From the human T2T-CHM13v2.0 reference genome, Homo sapiens, in NCBI RefSeq assembly GCF_009914755.1, contig NC_060926.1: a DNA stretch of 64,000 bases. The stretch is one strand, 5' to 3'. Shown in pieces: positions 30,386-43,302 of the stretch. The first letter of the stretch is position 1, and every line of letters starts with the position of its first letter. Below the pieces are notes generated by a model that saw nothing but the letters and a program-made list of their open reading frames with translations, made no database searches and had not been told where the DNA came from. The translations under genes and the position numbers were made by a program.

Positions 30386-30959
30386 GTTGTGAGTGAAGGA
30401 GGTCGGGGAGCCACATCCGCAGCAGGGATGCAGAAGAGCAGCCGTGTCGGCTTGGGTGCCTGCGAGGGGCCTCAGGGACGTTTCCCAGACTTTCTTAAAG
30501 GCAGAAGAGCGGCTGCTGCAGGTGGAGGCATAGGGACCACAGGTGTTCACTGTTCTAAGAAGGGTTGATAACGGAAGAGGAAAGCAGGTGGGAAGGGTTC
30601 CTAGGGTGAGAGGGGCTTGAGCCTGTTTCTGGGCCCCAGGGAAGGAGCTGGAAGCTCAAGGTTGATGAGAAGGAAAATGGGGGGCTGTGAGCTGTGGAGA
30701 CCCTGTGCCCCTTTGTCCTCGGGTTGATGAGCCCAGCCAGGAGTCAAGCCTCTGCTCCTGGCTCGCTGAGGGAATTGTCAGCGAATTGATAGAAATTCAG
30801 CATGTGCTTGTTTGCATTCCTCCTTCTTTGGGAACTTTCAGCCGTTTGGTAATCATTGCTTAAAATCTGAAGCCTGGCACCCCATATCAGTGCCCATATA
30901 CTCCAGGTTCCAGCTTAGAAGGCATGTGGGCAGGGTTTGTACCATTGGTGCCCCAGGGG

Positions 30960-31385
30960 CCCTGGCCGGACATCCACAGAGCATCACTGGAATCGCCTGG
31001 GGCTTCTTAGAATTCCAGCCTCTTGGAGGCCTGCAAAGCCAGAATCTTAGTGTGTAGGAGCCCCAGGCAATAGCAGGCAGTCAAGCTTGAGCAGCACTGC
31101 CCTGGAGCAGAGGTCCTCCAAGTGCAGCCCCTGGGCCAGCTGCACCAGCAGCACCGGAATTGTTAGAAATGCGCAGCCCCAGCTTCCACACCTCACCTGC
31201 AGGGTTGTGGCTCTCCAGCTGGAGTGCATCAGCATCGCCTGCGTGGCTTGTTAGACCACACCTGTTGGACTTCCCCTAGAGTTTCTGATTCCGCAGGTCT
31301 GGGATAGGGCCCAGGGTTTTGCATTTCCTGTTCCTAGTCACGCTGGCCTTGCTGGTCAGGAGCCACACTGAGAACCACTGCCCCA
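30960..31385. mobile_element. Cluster of MER5-like hAT relics
   Basis: gcagaggtcctccaagtg...ttgttagaaatgc...ttctgattccgcaggtctgggatagggccc...tgagaaccactg. Confidence 0.6.
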
Positions 31386-31980
31386 AGGACAGCCTGGGTC
31401 CAGTGCTTCCGACTCTCACCCTTGGCGAGATGGAGACTTCAGGTGCCCCAGGTCCTGTGGAGGTCAGAGCTACTTCCTAAACCTGGATTCTTGGAGGTAA
31501 TACATTTGAAAAAGTACTTTCATTTCTGGTTGATGGCTTCAGCAAATGTTTTACCATCACCCGGTTTTAGAAGTAGTTTTGGGTGCCTGAGTCCTGGGTT
31601 CTCCAGTGCTGCCCTCCGGCTCCCAGAACCGGCCTTCAGCTGGTGTCAGTGTGGTTGTTGGTGGCTGACTGACATGTCCAAGCTTATCCTTTATTCTAGT
31701 GGAGAAGGGGGCAGAGGGCCCAGTTTTCTCTCCACTTAGAGCCTGAAAGATCAGAGCTGTTGACTGCCAGAGAAGCAGCATTAAGAGCAGAAACCAGGTC
31801 AGCGATTTTCCTCCTTGTTCTGGTGTGAAAGTTGCCAATGTGTTTTTGGCAGCTGGCTGGTTTTGATCTTTCAGTTTGTGTTAAACACTTAGGATCAGCA
31901 TGGGCTCCCCCTTCTCCTTTTTAATTAAACAGCGACTGTGCTGCCAGGGACGGGCTGGGCGCATCTGTTCAGGAGGGCCC

Positions 31981-32068
31981 TGTGTGAGAGTGCATAGACG
32001 GGAGTGTGTGCATACGTGTGCTTGTCTGTGTGCATGCATATGTGTACGTGTGCATGCATGTGTGTATG
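31981..32068. repeat. Degenerate (TG/CA) alternating purine-pyrimidine tract
   Basis: gtgtgtgcatacgtgtg...tgcatgcatgtgtgtatg. Confidence 0.8.
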
Positions 32069-32141
32069 ATAGACCTCAAGGCAATTCTGTGGCCCAGGGG
32101 ATCTGTTCACTGACACCAAAAACAAAAGTGGCCTAGATGAT

Positions 32142-32569
32142 TGTATTAGTCTGTTCTTGCACTGCTATAAAGACATATCTGAGACTGGGTAACATATATA
32201 TAACACATATATAACACACACATATATAACATATGTTTAATTGGCTTACGGTTCCACAGGCTGTAGAGGAAGCATGGCAGCATCTGCTCTGCTCGGCTTC
32301 TGGGGAGGCCTCAGGAAACTTACAATCATGGCAGAAGGTGAAGGGGGAGCCAGCACTTCGCATGGCCGTGGGCAGGGGCAAGAATGAGGCGGGAGGTGCC
32401 ACACACTTTTAAACTCACTTGCTACACAGTACCAAGGGGCATGATGCCAAACCAGTCGTGAGAACTTCACCCCCGTGATTGAGTCATCTCCCACCAGGCC
32501 CCAGCTCCAACACTGGGGACTGCAATTGGACATGAGGTTTGAGCGGGGACACAGACCCAAACCACATCA
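32142..32569 (-). mobile_element. MST (MSTA-like) MaLR solo LTR
   Basis: tgtattagtctgttcttgcactgctataaag...caaaccacatca; 5-bp TSD atgat/gtgat. Confidence 0.88.
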
Positions 32570-33239
32570 GTGATTTTCCTGTTTAGAGTTTCCTTGTATG
32601 TACCTGACGGGCTGCTCTGTGTAAAAGGGAACAGGAGGGCTTTTCGATGGAGACAGCATCTAGGATGGCAGCATGTGCCCAGCCTCAGCTTAGCTTAGCC
32701 TGGCCTGGCAGGTGTAAACCATCTTGCCCTGTGCCAGCAGGAGTTTCAGTCCAGCCGTCTTTAATAGTGAGCTGAGAGGAAGAGCTCTGGCTTCACTGTT
32801 CTAGCCAACTCCGCTGCTAATAGTTGTGTGATTTGGAGGCAACGTGGATGACTCAAGCCTCTGTTGCCATACCTGCAAAATGGGGGTCACGGCACATACT
32901 TCTCAGAGTAATTGCAAGGGTTGAATGGGATTAAAGGGCCCTGTGTCATCTGGTGGTTTATTCAGGCCATTTTAGTCAGTACCTTGTGCTTCTCAAAAAT
33001 ACTTTCTGCCTGGATACCCGTTCTTTCAGATAAGCGGCCTTTAGAAAGAACAGAGAGCTGTCCTTTGAACCTGCCAGTCATACTCCTGCCCCAGGACCTT
33101 TGTGTTAGAGTCCCGTTGGCCCAGAGCGCACTTCCCCCAGGTCTTCATGTGGCTCTCTGCCCCGCCTCCTTTGCGCTCTGCTCCAAGACCACCTTATAAA
33201 AAGGCCTTTCTGACACTATTTGAAAGAGTCTCCATCCCA

Positions 33240-33745
33240 CAAATGATCATGGCATCTTTATTTGTGGTATCCGTAGTATCCCCCAAACTGGAAACAACTC
33301 AAATGTCCATCAGCAGGTGTCTGGCTAGACGGCAGTGTAGCCATATGATGGAACAGTGCTGGCCAAGAAAAAGAAGTGAACTACTGGTACACGCAACTAC
33401 ATGAATGAATCGCACAGTCATGCGCAGTCCCAAAATCATGATGCAAGAAGCCAGATGAAAAGGCGTACATGCGGGATGATTCCAGATACCGTATATAAAA
33501 TTCCGGAAAGTGCAGTGTTCTCTGGCAAAGAAGCAGATCAGGGGTTGCCAGAGACTTGGGGGTAAGGAGCTGGGGTTGCAAAAGGGGCACAAGAAAACAT
33601 CCTCTTGGGGTGAGAGGGTACTTTCCCAGTCTGGATTTTGGTGATAGCTTCATAGGAATATCCATGTGTCATAGCATATCAAGTCATACTTTAAATGTGT
33701 GTGGTTTATTGTCTGTCCGTGACACTTCAATAAAGCTGCTTAAAA
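33240..33745 (+). mobile_element. Old L1 (MC/ME-like) 3' end
   Basis: ccaaactggaaacaactcaaatgtccatca...gaactactggtacacgcaactacatgaatgaatc...ttcaataaagctg. Confidence 0.75.
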
Positions 33746-33774
33746 CTTTTCAAAAGCCATTTGTCCAAAGTGTT

Positions 33775-33965
33775 GGTGCCCAATAGAACTGTTTGCGTTG
33801 ATGGGAATAGTGTGTATCTGCTTTACTGAGTCTAGCAAGTCTCTAGCCACATGTGACTATTGCATTTGAAATGTGGCTAGGGCAACTGAGGAACTCAATT
33901 TTTAACTTCATTTAAGTTTAATCAATTTAAATGTGAAGAGGGGCATGTAGCTATTATCTGTCCTG
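33775..33965. mobile_element. MER3/MER33-like hAT relic
   Basis: caatagaact...tagccacatgtgactattgcatttgaaatgtggctag..gaggaactcaatttt. Confidence 0.7.
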
Positions 33966-35188
33966 TGGGACATCACAGGTCCAAAGCCCACTTTCCGCTC
34001 TTCAATGCCTGCCTCACACACATGTTGTAGGCCGTGAGCTCTGGCTCCTGGAGGTGGCTGGAAGCTTCCAGCACTGGAAGGCTGTTTCACACTCTGATAC
34101 CCTTGTTAATGCTGCAGCCTCTGCTAAGAATGCTCTTAATTGATACAATGAGGTGTGAGGTCTTTCTACAACTGCCCACCCTTAGACAAGGTGTTGCTTG
34201 GCCTGTGCAGAAGGTGAATAGGTGGTTTGCTTTCTCTGAAGCTGTGCTTTTTCCTATTTAACTCTTATGACTGAGCAGCATTTGCTCGAATTAAAATCTC
34301 CCCACATTTCAAAGCGTCTTTTCTACCTCTCAAGTTTCTCATAAATTGGGCATATTCAAATAAGTGACATGATGCAGGCAAGCCTCAGGTAAGATCCTTT
34401 GGCCATATTGTATATTACATGGTAACAAAATGGCTTTTTAAAGGAAAAGCTGATTATCCTGGAAGAGAGTTGGATTCTGTTAAGGGTTTTGGAGGTGAGC
34501 CCTGGGAAGACCTGTTATTTTCTAGACCTTTGAGGCTAGAGCTGGAAAGATTCTGCCCAGTGACCTTTGGCTGCTCCTTAAAAATAGCTATGATGTAAGA
34601 ATCCTGTCTAGCTTCAGGCTTCTAGATGGGATCCCTTTGGGCAAGATCATTTGACAAAGCAGAATTACTCACTGCCTAAGTCAGAAGGCAGCACTGCAGC
34701 TCCCTGGGGTGGGGCTGCACCTCCACACTTTGGCTGGATCAGCAGCTGTTGATCAGTGGCCAGAGAACAGAGAGGGTGACCTGTGAACTGAAGGGTGGGG
34801 GAAAGTAGAAAGTGACAGATCTACAGGCAAGGAATTTTAAGATCCCCACCACCACCATCCACCCCCACCAAAAAATAAAAAATATTAGGAAGGACATTGT
34901 GAAGAGATGGCTGTTTGGCTGGCTCTGTTCCCCTCCTCTGTGCCTTCTGGCCTATCTTTGTTTGCTCATCAGCTGTGACATTAGCATAATGATTTTGTTC
35001 TTTATATCTAATAGCTCTATGTGCTGCCTGCCCCACTGACTGAATCATTTTATTTCTACTTGTGAGATCACAGACCTTTGACTACTTACTTACCTTGTCA
35101 GACATATCCAAGTGAACTCGGGGGGGAAAAGCTAAGACAGGAAGTAGGGGTGGGGAAAGGAAGGATTGTTATTTTGAAAGATTGCCTG

Positions 35189-35453
35189 GGCTGGGTGTGG
35201 TGGCTCATGCCTATAGTCCCAGCACTTTGGGAGGCTGAGGTGGGTAGGTTGCTTGAGCCCAGAAGTTTGAGACCAGCGTTGGCAACATGGGGAGACCCTG
35301 TCTTGACAAAAAATAAAAATAAAAAAATTAGCCAGGCATGGTGGCTCATGCCTGTGGTCCCAGCTACTCGGGAGGCAGAGGTGGGAGGATCACTGGAGCC
35401 CCACTGTGCTCCATCCTGGGTGAGAGGCACTCTCTCAAAAAAAAAAGAAAAAA
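35189..35453 (+). mobile_element. AluJ with a right-arm deletion
   Basis: TSD aaag(a/t)ttgcctg on both flanks. Confidence 0.92.
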
Positions 35454-36104
35454 AAAGTTTGCCTGCTTGTTGGTCCAACGTTAATAGCAGTGATTAAGAT
35501 TAATAATTTGTATTCAGGTTGCACTCGATGTTTTAAAAAGCCATTTTACATAATATATTTGTTAAAAGTGAGTCAGAACATAAGAGAAAGCCCTATGCTT
35601 TCTTGGTGCTAAGGAAAATATTCTGGTTGGGTTACCCAGGGATAATGTAATTCTTCCCATAGAGCATGAAAATGTCATTACTCATAAATTGAGACTGGAG
35701 CTGCCTGAGCACAAGGGATATGTAATCATCTTCTGGCTGTGGTTTCCGTCCCTCTCGGCCAGAACTCGAGGATGGCTCGTTCGGCTGCGGGCCTGAGGCT
35801 GCTGGACACACAGAAGAAGCCCAGAGCCTGCCCGCCACTCAGGCTGCAGGGCACACCTGCCGAGAAGCGCGTCTGGCCCCCACGCACTTGTTCTCTGGCC
35901 CAGACAGAGACCAGAGTGGCCATGTCCTGGGAAATTCTCCCTGAGCCACCAGGCGTGTGTGCTGTGTGGATTGCATACACCAAGCATGGAAAGGCAGAGG
36001 CAAGCAGGCTGATGTCCAGGAGTCTGGAAGCTTTATTAGTGAAGCCATCGATGGGGATTCTATTTATATTTGTGAGATTTTCTTTAAAAAGTAAACACCT
36101 TTGT

Positions 36105-36310
36105 TAAGCATATTTTATGTATTATAAAAATCACCCATTTCAAGTGTACACATCAGTGATTTCCAGTAACTTTACCAAGTGGTGCAACCATCACCTCAAA
36201 TCCGTTTTAGGACATTTTCTTCTCCCCTTAAGGACCCTCATGTTCTTTTACAGTTAATCCCATCTTCCCCTTTGCTCCAGGCAACCACTGATCTACTTTT
36301 CAATCTCTAT
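36105..36310 (-). mobile_element. L1MB-like 3' fragment
   Basis: aaatcacccattttcaagtgtaca...gtgcaaccatcacc...ccaggcaaccactgatctacttt. Confidence 0.7.
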
Positions 36311-36610
36311 TATAATAATTTATTTTCTGATTAGAAAAGTAATAGTTTCCTATTTTGGATAATTTAAATAATTCCAAAGAGAAAAACCGTGAATGAAACC
36401 AGAATCCCCCTCATTGACCTGGCACCAGGCTTCTCTCTCTCCAGCTGCTGCCTTCTGCTGACTCCTCGACTGCCACGGCTGGCAGGGCCCACACCAGCAC
36501 TTCGACCACCCTCTATGCCATTCCTTTTGCCCAGTCTACCCCTGCCCCCACCTCACGATGCCCCATCTTTTGAAGGTCTGTCTCACATCCACTGCTTAAC
36601 AGAGATTTCC

Positions 36611-36739
36611 CTGGTATCCAGGCTAGAAATAATGTTCTCTTCATGGAAGTTCCATGATGTCTCAGTCCTGGCTCCTCTGGTATCTAGGCTAGAAATAATG
36701 TGTTTTCCTTGAAGTTCCATGGTGTCTCATTCCTGGCTC
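36611..36739. repeat. Two-copy diverged tandem duplication, period 66
   Basis: ctggtatc(c/t)aggctagaaataatgt...gaagttccatg(a/g)tgtctca(g/t)tcctggctc present twice. Confidence 0.9.
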
Positions 36740-36934
36740 TCAGAGTTTCCACTTGGTAGTTTACTTACCTAAACATGGGGCGTGTCTCCCCATTCACCCG
36801 AGGGGAGAGGCTGTCTGAGGACTGAGGTCCTCACTAGCTTGTTTTTGTTTCCTAACCCATCCGTACACCCCCCTCTCCTGCCACCACTGCGGCCACATGT
36901 GGCTCCTTTACAGTGGTCATCAGAGCTGTCCTTG

Positions 36935-37186
<252 letters not shown>

Positions 37187-38063
37187 CTAGGCTGTGGGCC
37201 CTGTTCCCAGCATCCAGAGGTCACACTCACTGCTGAAATGAACGAAGAACGAAAGCAAGCCGACCAAGTGGGTCTGCATGTCCGTGGAGTGTTCACTCTT
37301 CTCCACTTGAATGTTTTTGCTGTAGGTCCCAAAGCATAGTTGATCTCTTCTCACCCTAATCTATTATTAACAGCACCTAAGTTCTTATTGGAATTAAATA
37401 ACGAATAATCTCAAAATAGATGGATAAACCAAATTGTGATGAATTTCTTTTTCTCTGCTGCAGAGAATCTTGTTTTTCCCACTCACTCGTGTACATTCAT
37501 GTTCATGTGTGTACTCCCGCTTCATGAAAAACCTAAGATTCTCTTTAGAAATGTGAATTTTAACTTGTGGACACTTTTAACTTTCTTCCCCACAACCCAC
37601 CTTATCACTGGATGGTTCTGGTGCCTTTGGCGCTGCCCCCGCCAGCCGCCGGACAGCGACTCTAATCCTCCCTGTAGGCTGCCTTCTTTCTTGCACGTGC
37701 CTTGTTCTAGACCGCACAGCATTGGCTCCCAGCCAGGCAGGGTTCAGGACCAAATTGACCTGCGCCGGTGACTCTGATTGTGGTTTTGTATGATCGTGTA
37801 GATGAGTGGGCAGTGAGCATCTCAGGGGTTAGTAACTGGGACAGTTACCCTTCCTTCTTCCCAAGCCCAGGCCAGCTGGCCTGACCACCTAAAACCTAAG
37901 TCACTGTTTTCTCACCTTTCATCAATGAGGAGCCATTAGTATCTGTGCAGTGTAAAATATGCTACTATGTGGTATTCTTAGAATTTTACATTCTTGGTGT
38001 GTATGTACATAATTCTTCCTCTGAAAGGGCAGGCATCGTGTTTCATTTACCTTTGTAAATTTA

Positions 38064-38368
<305 letters not shown>

Positions 38369-38722
38369 TAAATTTACCTACTGTTGCTGTATGCAAAATA
38401 GGTGCTCAATAAATCACTTGAATGAATGAATTCACACATGCATTTGCTATATTATGTTTGGTTTAAGGTGTTAATAGAACTAACATTTTATCTGAAGCCC
38501 CTGTAGATTCTGTCTTTCACATATTCGATGCCCAAAAAAATATTTCAGTATACTGATTTCTTCCATCAATAATTTTTAAGCCTCTATTCTAGGCCAAGCC
38601 CCATGCTAAGAGCTCTGGTAAATATAAAATACAATAAAGGTGGATGCTACCCTTTAGAACTTAGTGTGTGAGATCACTAAGATGAACACGAGAAGAGCCT
38701 GCCAAGTGCCTTAAAACATTTA

Positions 38723-39018
<296 letters not shown>

Positions 39019-39039
39019 TAGAAAAGAAAATATTGGAGG

Positions 39040-39600
39040 ATCTGGGGGAGGGAGGGATCACATTCTGCTGGGGTTGCTTAGTAGAGAAGGTGGCGTTTGA
39101 GTAACTCCTGATGGATGAGAAGGCTTTGAACAGCAGGGATAGGGAAGACGTTTCCGTCGAATAGAACAAATTGAGCACATGCGTAGAATCAGGGAAGGAG
39201 AGAGTTCAGTTTGGAGAAATATGAAGATGAAACATGGAAAATAAGGATGGATTGTGGAGAGTGTGAAATGCAGGAATAAGTAGTTTCGTCTTTATTAGGG
39301 ACACAACCCCAGACAAGCCTGCCATAGCCCTGAAGCGGGGAGTGGGGCAGGCAGAGACTAGGAAGCGGCAGCAGGGAGCAGGGGAAGCCATAGCCTTAGT
39401 CCTGAGAAGGAGCAGTGAGGCGCAGCCAAGGCAGTGGACGTGAGAATGGCATGGAGGGAATGTTGGAAGACGGGTCTGCGTATGTAGGGTTAAGACCTGG
39501 AATTTGTTGAGAAGCGTGCCGCACGGCTGGGTGGCAGCACTGGGGTCAGAGATGACTCTTGGGTGTCAAGCAAGTGAGGAGGGTGGGAGAGAGGGCTTTG
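39040..39600. mobile_element. Probable L2 relic; boundaries approximate
   Basis: Purine-rich, with gaaggtggcgtttgag and gatgactcttgggtgtcaagc motifs typical of L2. Confidence 0.45.
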
Positions 39601-40111
39601 TAGGAAGGAAGAGAATTGGAGGAAGGAGAGCTGGCTGCATACTTGGGGCTGCCTGCAAGTAGAGGGAAATGTGGCCCTGGAGGCGGGAACTGTGACGGGA
39701 GTTTCATTCCTCACTCACCTGTCTGGCTGCCAGGACTGTCAATGACAGTGGAAATCTAGGCGTGCTTGCTGTCGTAGGTTACTCATCAGCACGGCCTTCT
39801 GTTTGTCCTTGTTCCTTCCAGTCGTTCCTAAGACCGCACCTTAAACTGCGCTTTTCAGCATTTAAAAATTTAATGCTTAAGGCTGATCTTAGCAAGACAT
39901 AGCTGATGACATTGTACCTTGGAGGAAGGCCAGGTACGTGAGAAATGTTGAGTTGTTTAATCCTAGGGCAAAAGTTCCCCAAAAAAGTTTATTTCTGAAA
40001 TGACAGTCATTAATTGATCATTTATTTAGCAGAATTGGCTGTGGATGCAGACGTTATTATACACCTTACCAGTGTTTTCCAAGTACATTTCTGTTTCTAA
40101 TGTAAAATTTA

Positions 40112-40396
40112 GTCCAGGCGTGGTGGCTCATGCCTGTAATCCCAGCACTTTGAGAGGCCGAGGAGGGCAGATTGCTTAAGTCTAGGAGTTCAAGACTAGC
40201 CTGAGCAACACAGTGAAACCCTGTCTACAAAAACTACAAAAAAAAAATTAGCCAAGCATGTTGACCCGTGCCTATAGTCCCAGCTACTCAGGAGGCTAAG
40301 GTGGGAGGATCGCCTGAGCTCAAGAAGTTGAGGCTGAAGTGCCCTCCAACCTGGGCGACACAGTGAGACCCTGTTTCAAAAAAAAAGAAAAAAAAA
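40112..40396 (+). mobile_element. AluJ with a right-arm deletion
   Basis: Dimer, gagaccctgtttc, A tail. Confidence 0.92.
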
Positions 40397-40976
40397 TTAG
40401 TACACTGAATGGTGTATAGAAATCGGATGCCATATTGCTTTAAAAGTGGTGCCATTTTATCTTCCTATTTAAGATAATTATACTAAAAATAAAACTTTCC
40501 TTTGCTTGATGGTATGAATGAATACATAAGGTCCCAAGTCCCTCTTCTCGTCCTTCTCCTTCTCTGGGCCTGTAATCTAGAAGCCCAGAGTGTCACAGAA
40601 GCCACAGGGGCCCAGCAGTGGGAACTGGCCCTTGGGTTGATTCAGGGGAGTGGTCCAAGCCTGGGAAGTGCGAAAGTGGGTTTCGAGCTCGTTTTCCACT
40701 TGAGGGAGGGAATCTTTTCAGGCTCAGGGCTCTGAGTCCGTACTTGAAGGCTCTTCCTGACTGAAGTTTCGCATCTTGAGTTGACTCGCATTTGAACTGC
40801 TGTCACGGAGACTTGCTTGCTCCTCGTGTACCTGTTGGTTAGGAGGCTTCCATTCCACCCAATTTAATCCATGCGGACGGTGTGTGTCCCCACTCTCCTG
40901 CCTTCTTGCTTCAGGGAGAAGAATGGGGGCACCAAGGCTCTTGCCCTTCCTGTTCCCTTTTATCTCCTTTCCCTAG

Positions 40977-42110
40977 CAACACCCCCCCAACACACACCCC
41001 CTCACAATCACACCCTCACTCTCACACCCTCCCACACACCCCCCCAGTCACACCCTCTCATGTCCACTCTCATACACTCTCACAACCACACTCACACAAC
41101 ATGCAATCATTCCCACTCACATCCACACTCCACACAACCACACAAAATCACATCCACACACACACTCAACCACACTCATACCCCACGCAATCACTCACAT
41201 CCACATTCACACACTCACAACCACACAACACACTCACATCCCAATCACACCCACTCACATCCACACTCTCACCACACTCAACACACACCCCACGCAATCA
41301 CACCCACTCACATCCACACACAATCACACAACCACACTCATACACACCCCGTGCATCACACACACTCATATCCACACCCTCACACCCTCACAATCACAGC
41401 CCCCCACATCCACTCACACAATCATATCTTCACTCAATCACACACACCCTCACACAATCATTCACATTCACCCCCAACTCACATCCACACACACCCTCAA
41501 ACACACACATGCTCCCTCACACACCTACACATACTCACATTCACTCACACACACACTCATGTGCATTCACCTTATACTCAGTCACTTACACCCTTACACA
41601 CCCACTTACACCCCCACAATCACACCCCACACATCCACACAATCTCTCACCTCCACAATCACACTCACACACCCACACACCCGTACACAATCACATTCAC
41701 GCACTCACATCCACAATCACACCCACACACACCCATACACACATTTACACACTTACACAATCACTCACATCCACAATCACATCCTGAAACCCTCACACGC
41801 CCACACACACCCATACACAATCACATTCACACTCACATCCACACTCACACTCACATCCGTACACAATCACACCCTCACACACCCATACACAATCGCATTC
41901 ACACACTCACACAATCAATCACACCCTTAGTCCCTTAACATGCTCCCTCACACACCTACACGATCACTCATACCCACATTCACTCACATACACCCTCATG
42001 TGCATTCACTCTTATACTCAAGCACAGTCACACCTTTACACACCCACAACACCCTCACTCAGTCGTACACACTCATTGACACACACTCTCCGTCCCCAAC
42101 ACACACACAC
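40977..42110. repeat. Degenerate CA-rich simple repeat (cacaatcacac / cactcacatccacac motifs), nearly G-free
   Basis: Directly visible; source of the His/Thr/Pro ORFs. Confidence 0.96.
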
Positions 42111-42628
42111 GTCTTTTCTCATTCGCACCCAGCATTCGCTCGTGTGCCTTTGCAGCGGACAGAAGACTCTGCCTTTGTTTCCCCTGCTTGGAGCTTGCTG
42201 TGGAGACTGGGGCCTGGGGCCCAGAGCACCAACCCCAGTACAGTCCAGCTTATGGGTGGAGCCGTGATTGAGAGTCAGAAGTGGGGGTTTCCTTTTATTC
42301 TAGGCTTTCGACGTAATTCTGTCATTGAATGTTTTGAAATATTTTTTCTTCACTGCAATGATTGTCTCTTTACAAACTTTCTAGCATAACAATATAAGAT
42401 TGTTACTGTGAAATATATACAGACCTAGACTTTTCGTTAGCCCTCTATTCATTTGTAAGATGAAATTGTTACAAAGAATGTATGACTGAATAAGGCACAG
42501 TACATGCACCGGCCAGGTTTTAGGTGGAGGTGAATCATTATCAAATGTTCTCTCTAATGTCCTTGCTGTCCTTACTTTAGATTCACAAGGAAGCTGAATA
42601 AGAATCTCCTTTTGTTTTTGTTTTTTAG

Positions 42629-42703
42629 ATTCAGAATATGAACAACATAATCTCCTTCCCTTTGGACAGTTTGCTGAAGGGGGACCTGAAAGGAGTGAAA
42701 GGG
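42629..42703 (+). CDS. ASAP2: ASAP2 exon 4, 75 nt, IQNMNNIISFPLDSLLKGDLKGVKG
   Basis: Long T tract plus tag acceptor, gtatga donor, phase 0/0. Confidence 0.96.
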
Positions 42704-43178
42704 GTATGACATTGACACTGTGACACCAGGGGCAGCTTTTACACCATGTAGAGTCACAGTAGCTTGGCCTGCCGGGCAGCAGCCACGCCAGTACGTTCTC
42801 ATTGGGACGATAGGATGGCTCTTTTATCTCAGCTTCCTCTGATTTGCCATCTTGGGACCACCTTTCAGCCAAAAAGGTGGTGACTTCTGGCCTTTCTGGC
42901 CGTCCTGTTGGCACAACAAAGTTGGTGAGGGGAGGAGACTGGGAAGGGAAAGAAAACTGCTATTTTGGAAAAAGTAAAGAGTTTCGGTCTCTCCAGGGAG
43001 CAGGGAAACCTGTGGGAGGAGTCGGGCTTTCTAGCTGGCACGTTGCCCATTTAGCACTGGGAAAGGATCCTAGCAAGGGTGTATTTTCCTGCTGGGAAGG
43101 TCGCAGTCGTCAGGCATGAGCCAACTTTGTCTCTCTGTCCTTCAGAGGATGTTGGCTGTTTAGGACATGCCTAGCCAC

Positions 43179-43302
43179 CATAAGCACGCAGGCCAGGAGC
43201 TGTTTAAGGGGGCAGCAGACGGGGCTGGAGGGGCGTTTGCTCATGAGCACGCAGGCCAGGAGCTGTTTCGGGGGCAGCGGACAGGGCTAGAGGCGCGTTT
43301 GC
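43179..43302. repeat. Two-copy GC-rich tandem duplication, period 63
   Basis: cat(a/g)agcacgcaggccaggagctgttt..gggggcagc(a/g)gac..gcgtttgc present twice. Confidence 0.9.

Noticed and set aside
34381-34394. CAG|GTAAGA as a recursive splice site in the 21-kb intron 3
   Set aside because: No polypyrimidine tract immediately precedes the AG, so it is only an isolated donor-like motif.
40871-42389. 355-aa, 301-aa and other His/Thr/Pro-rich ORFs
   Set aside because: They are translations of a G-poor CA repeat that rarely forms stop codons, and they are open in several frames at once.
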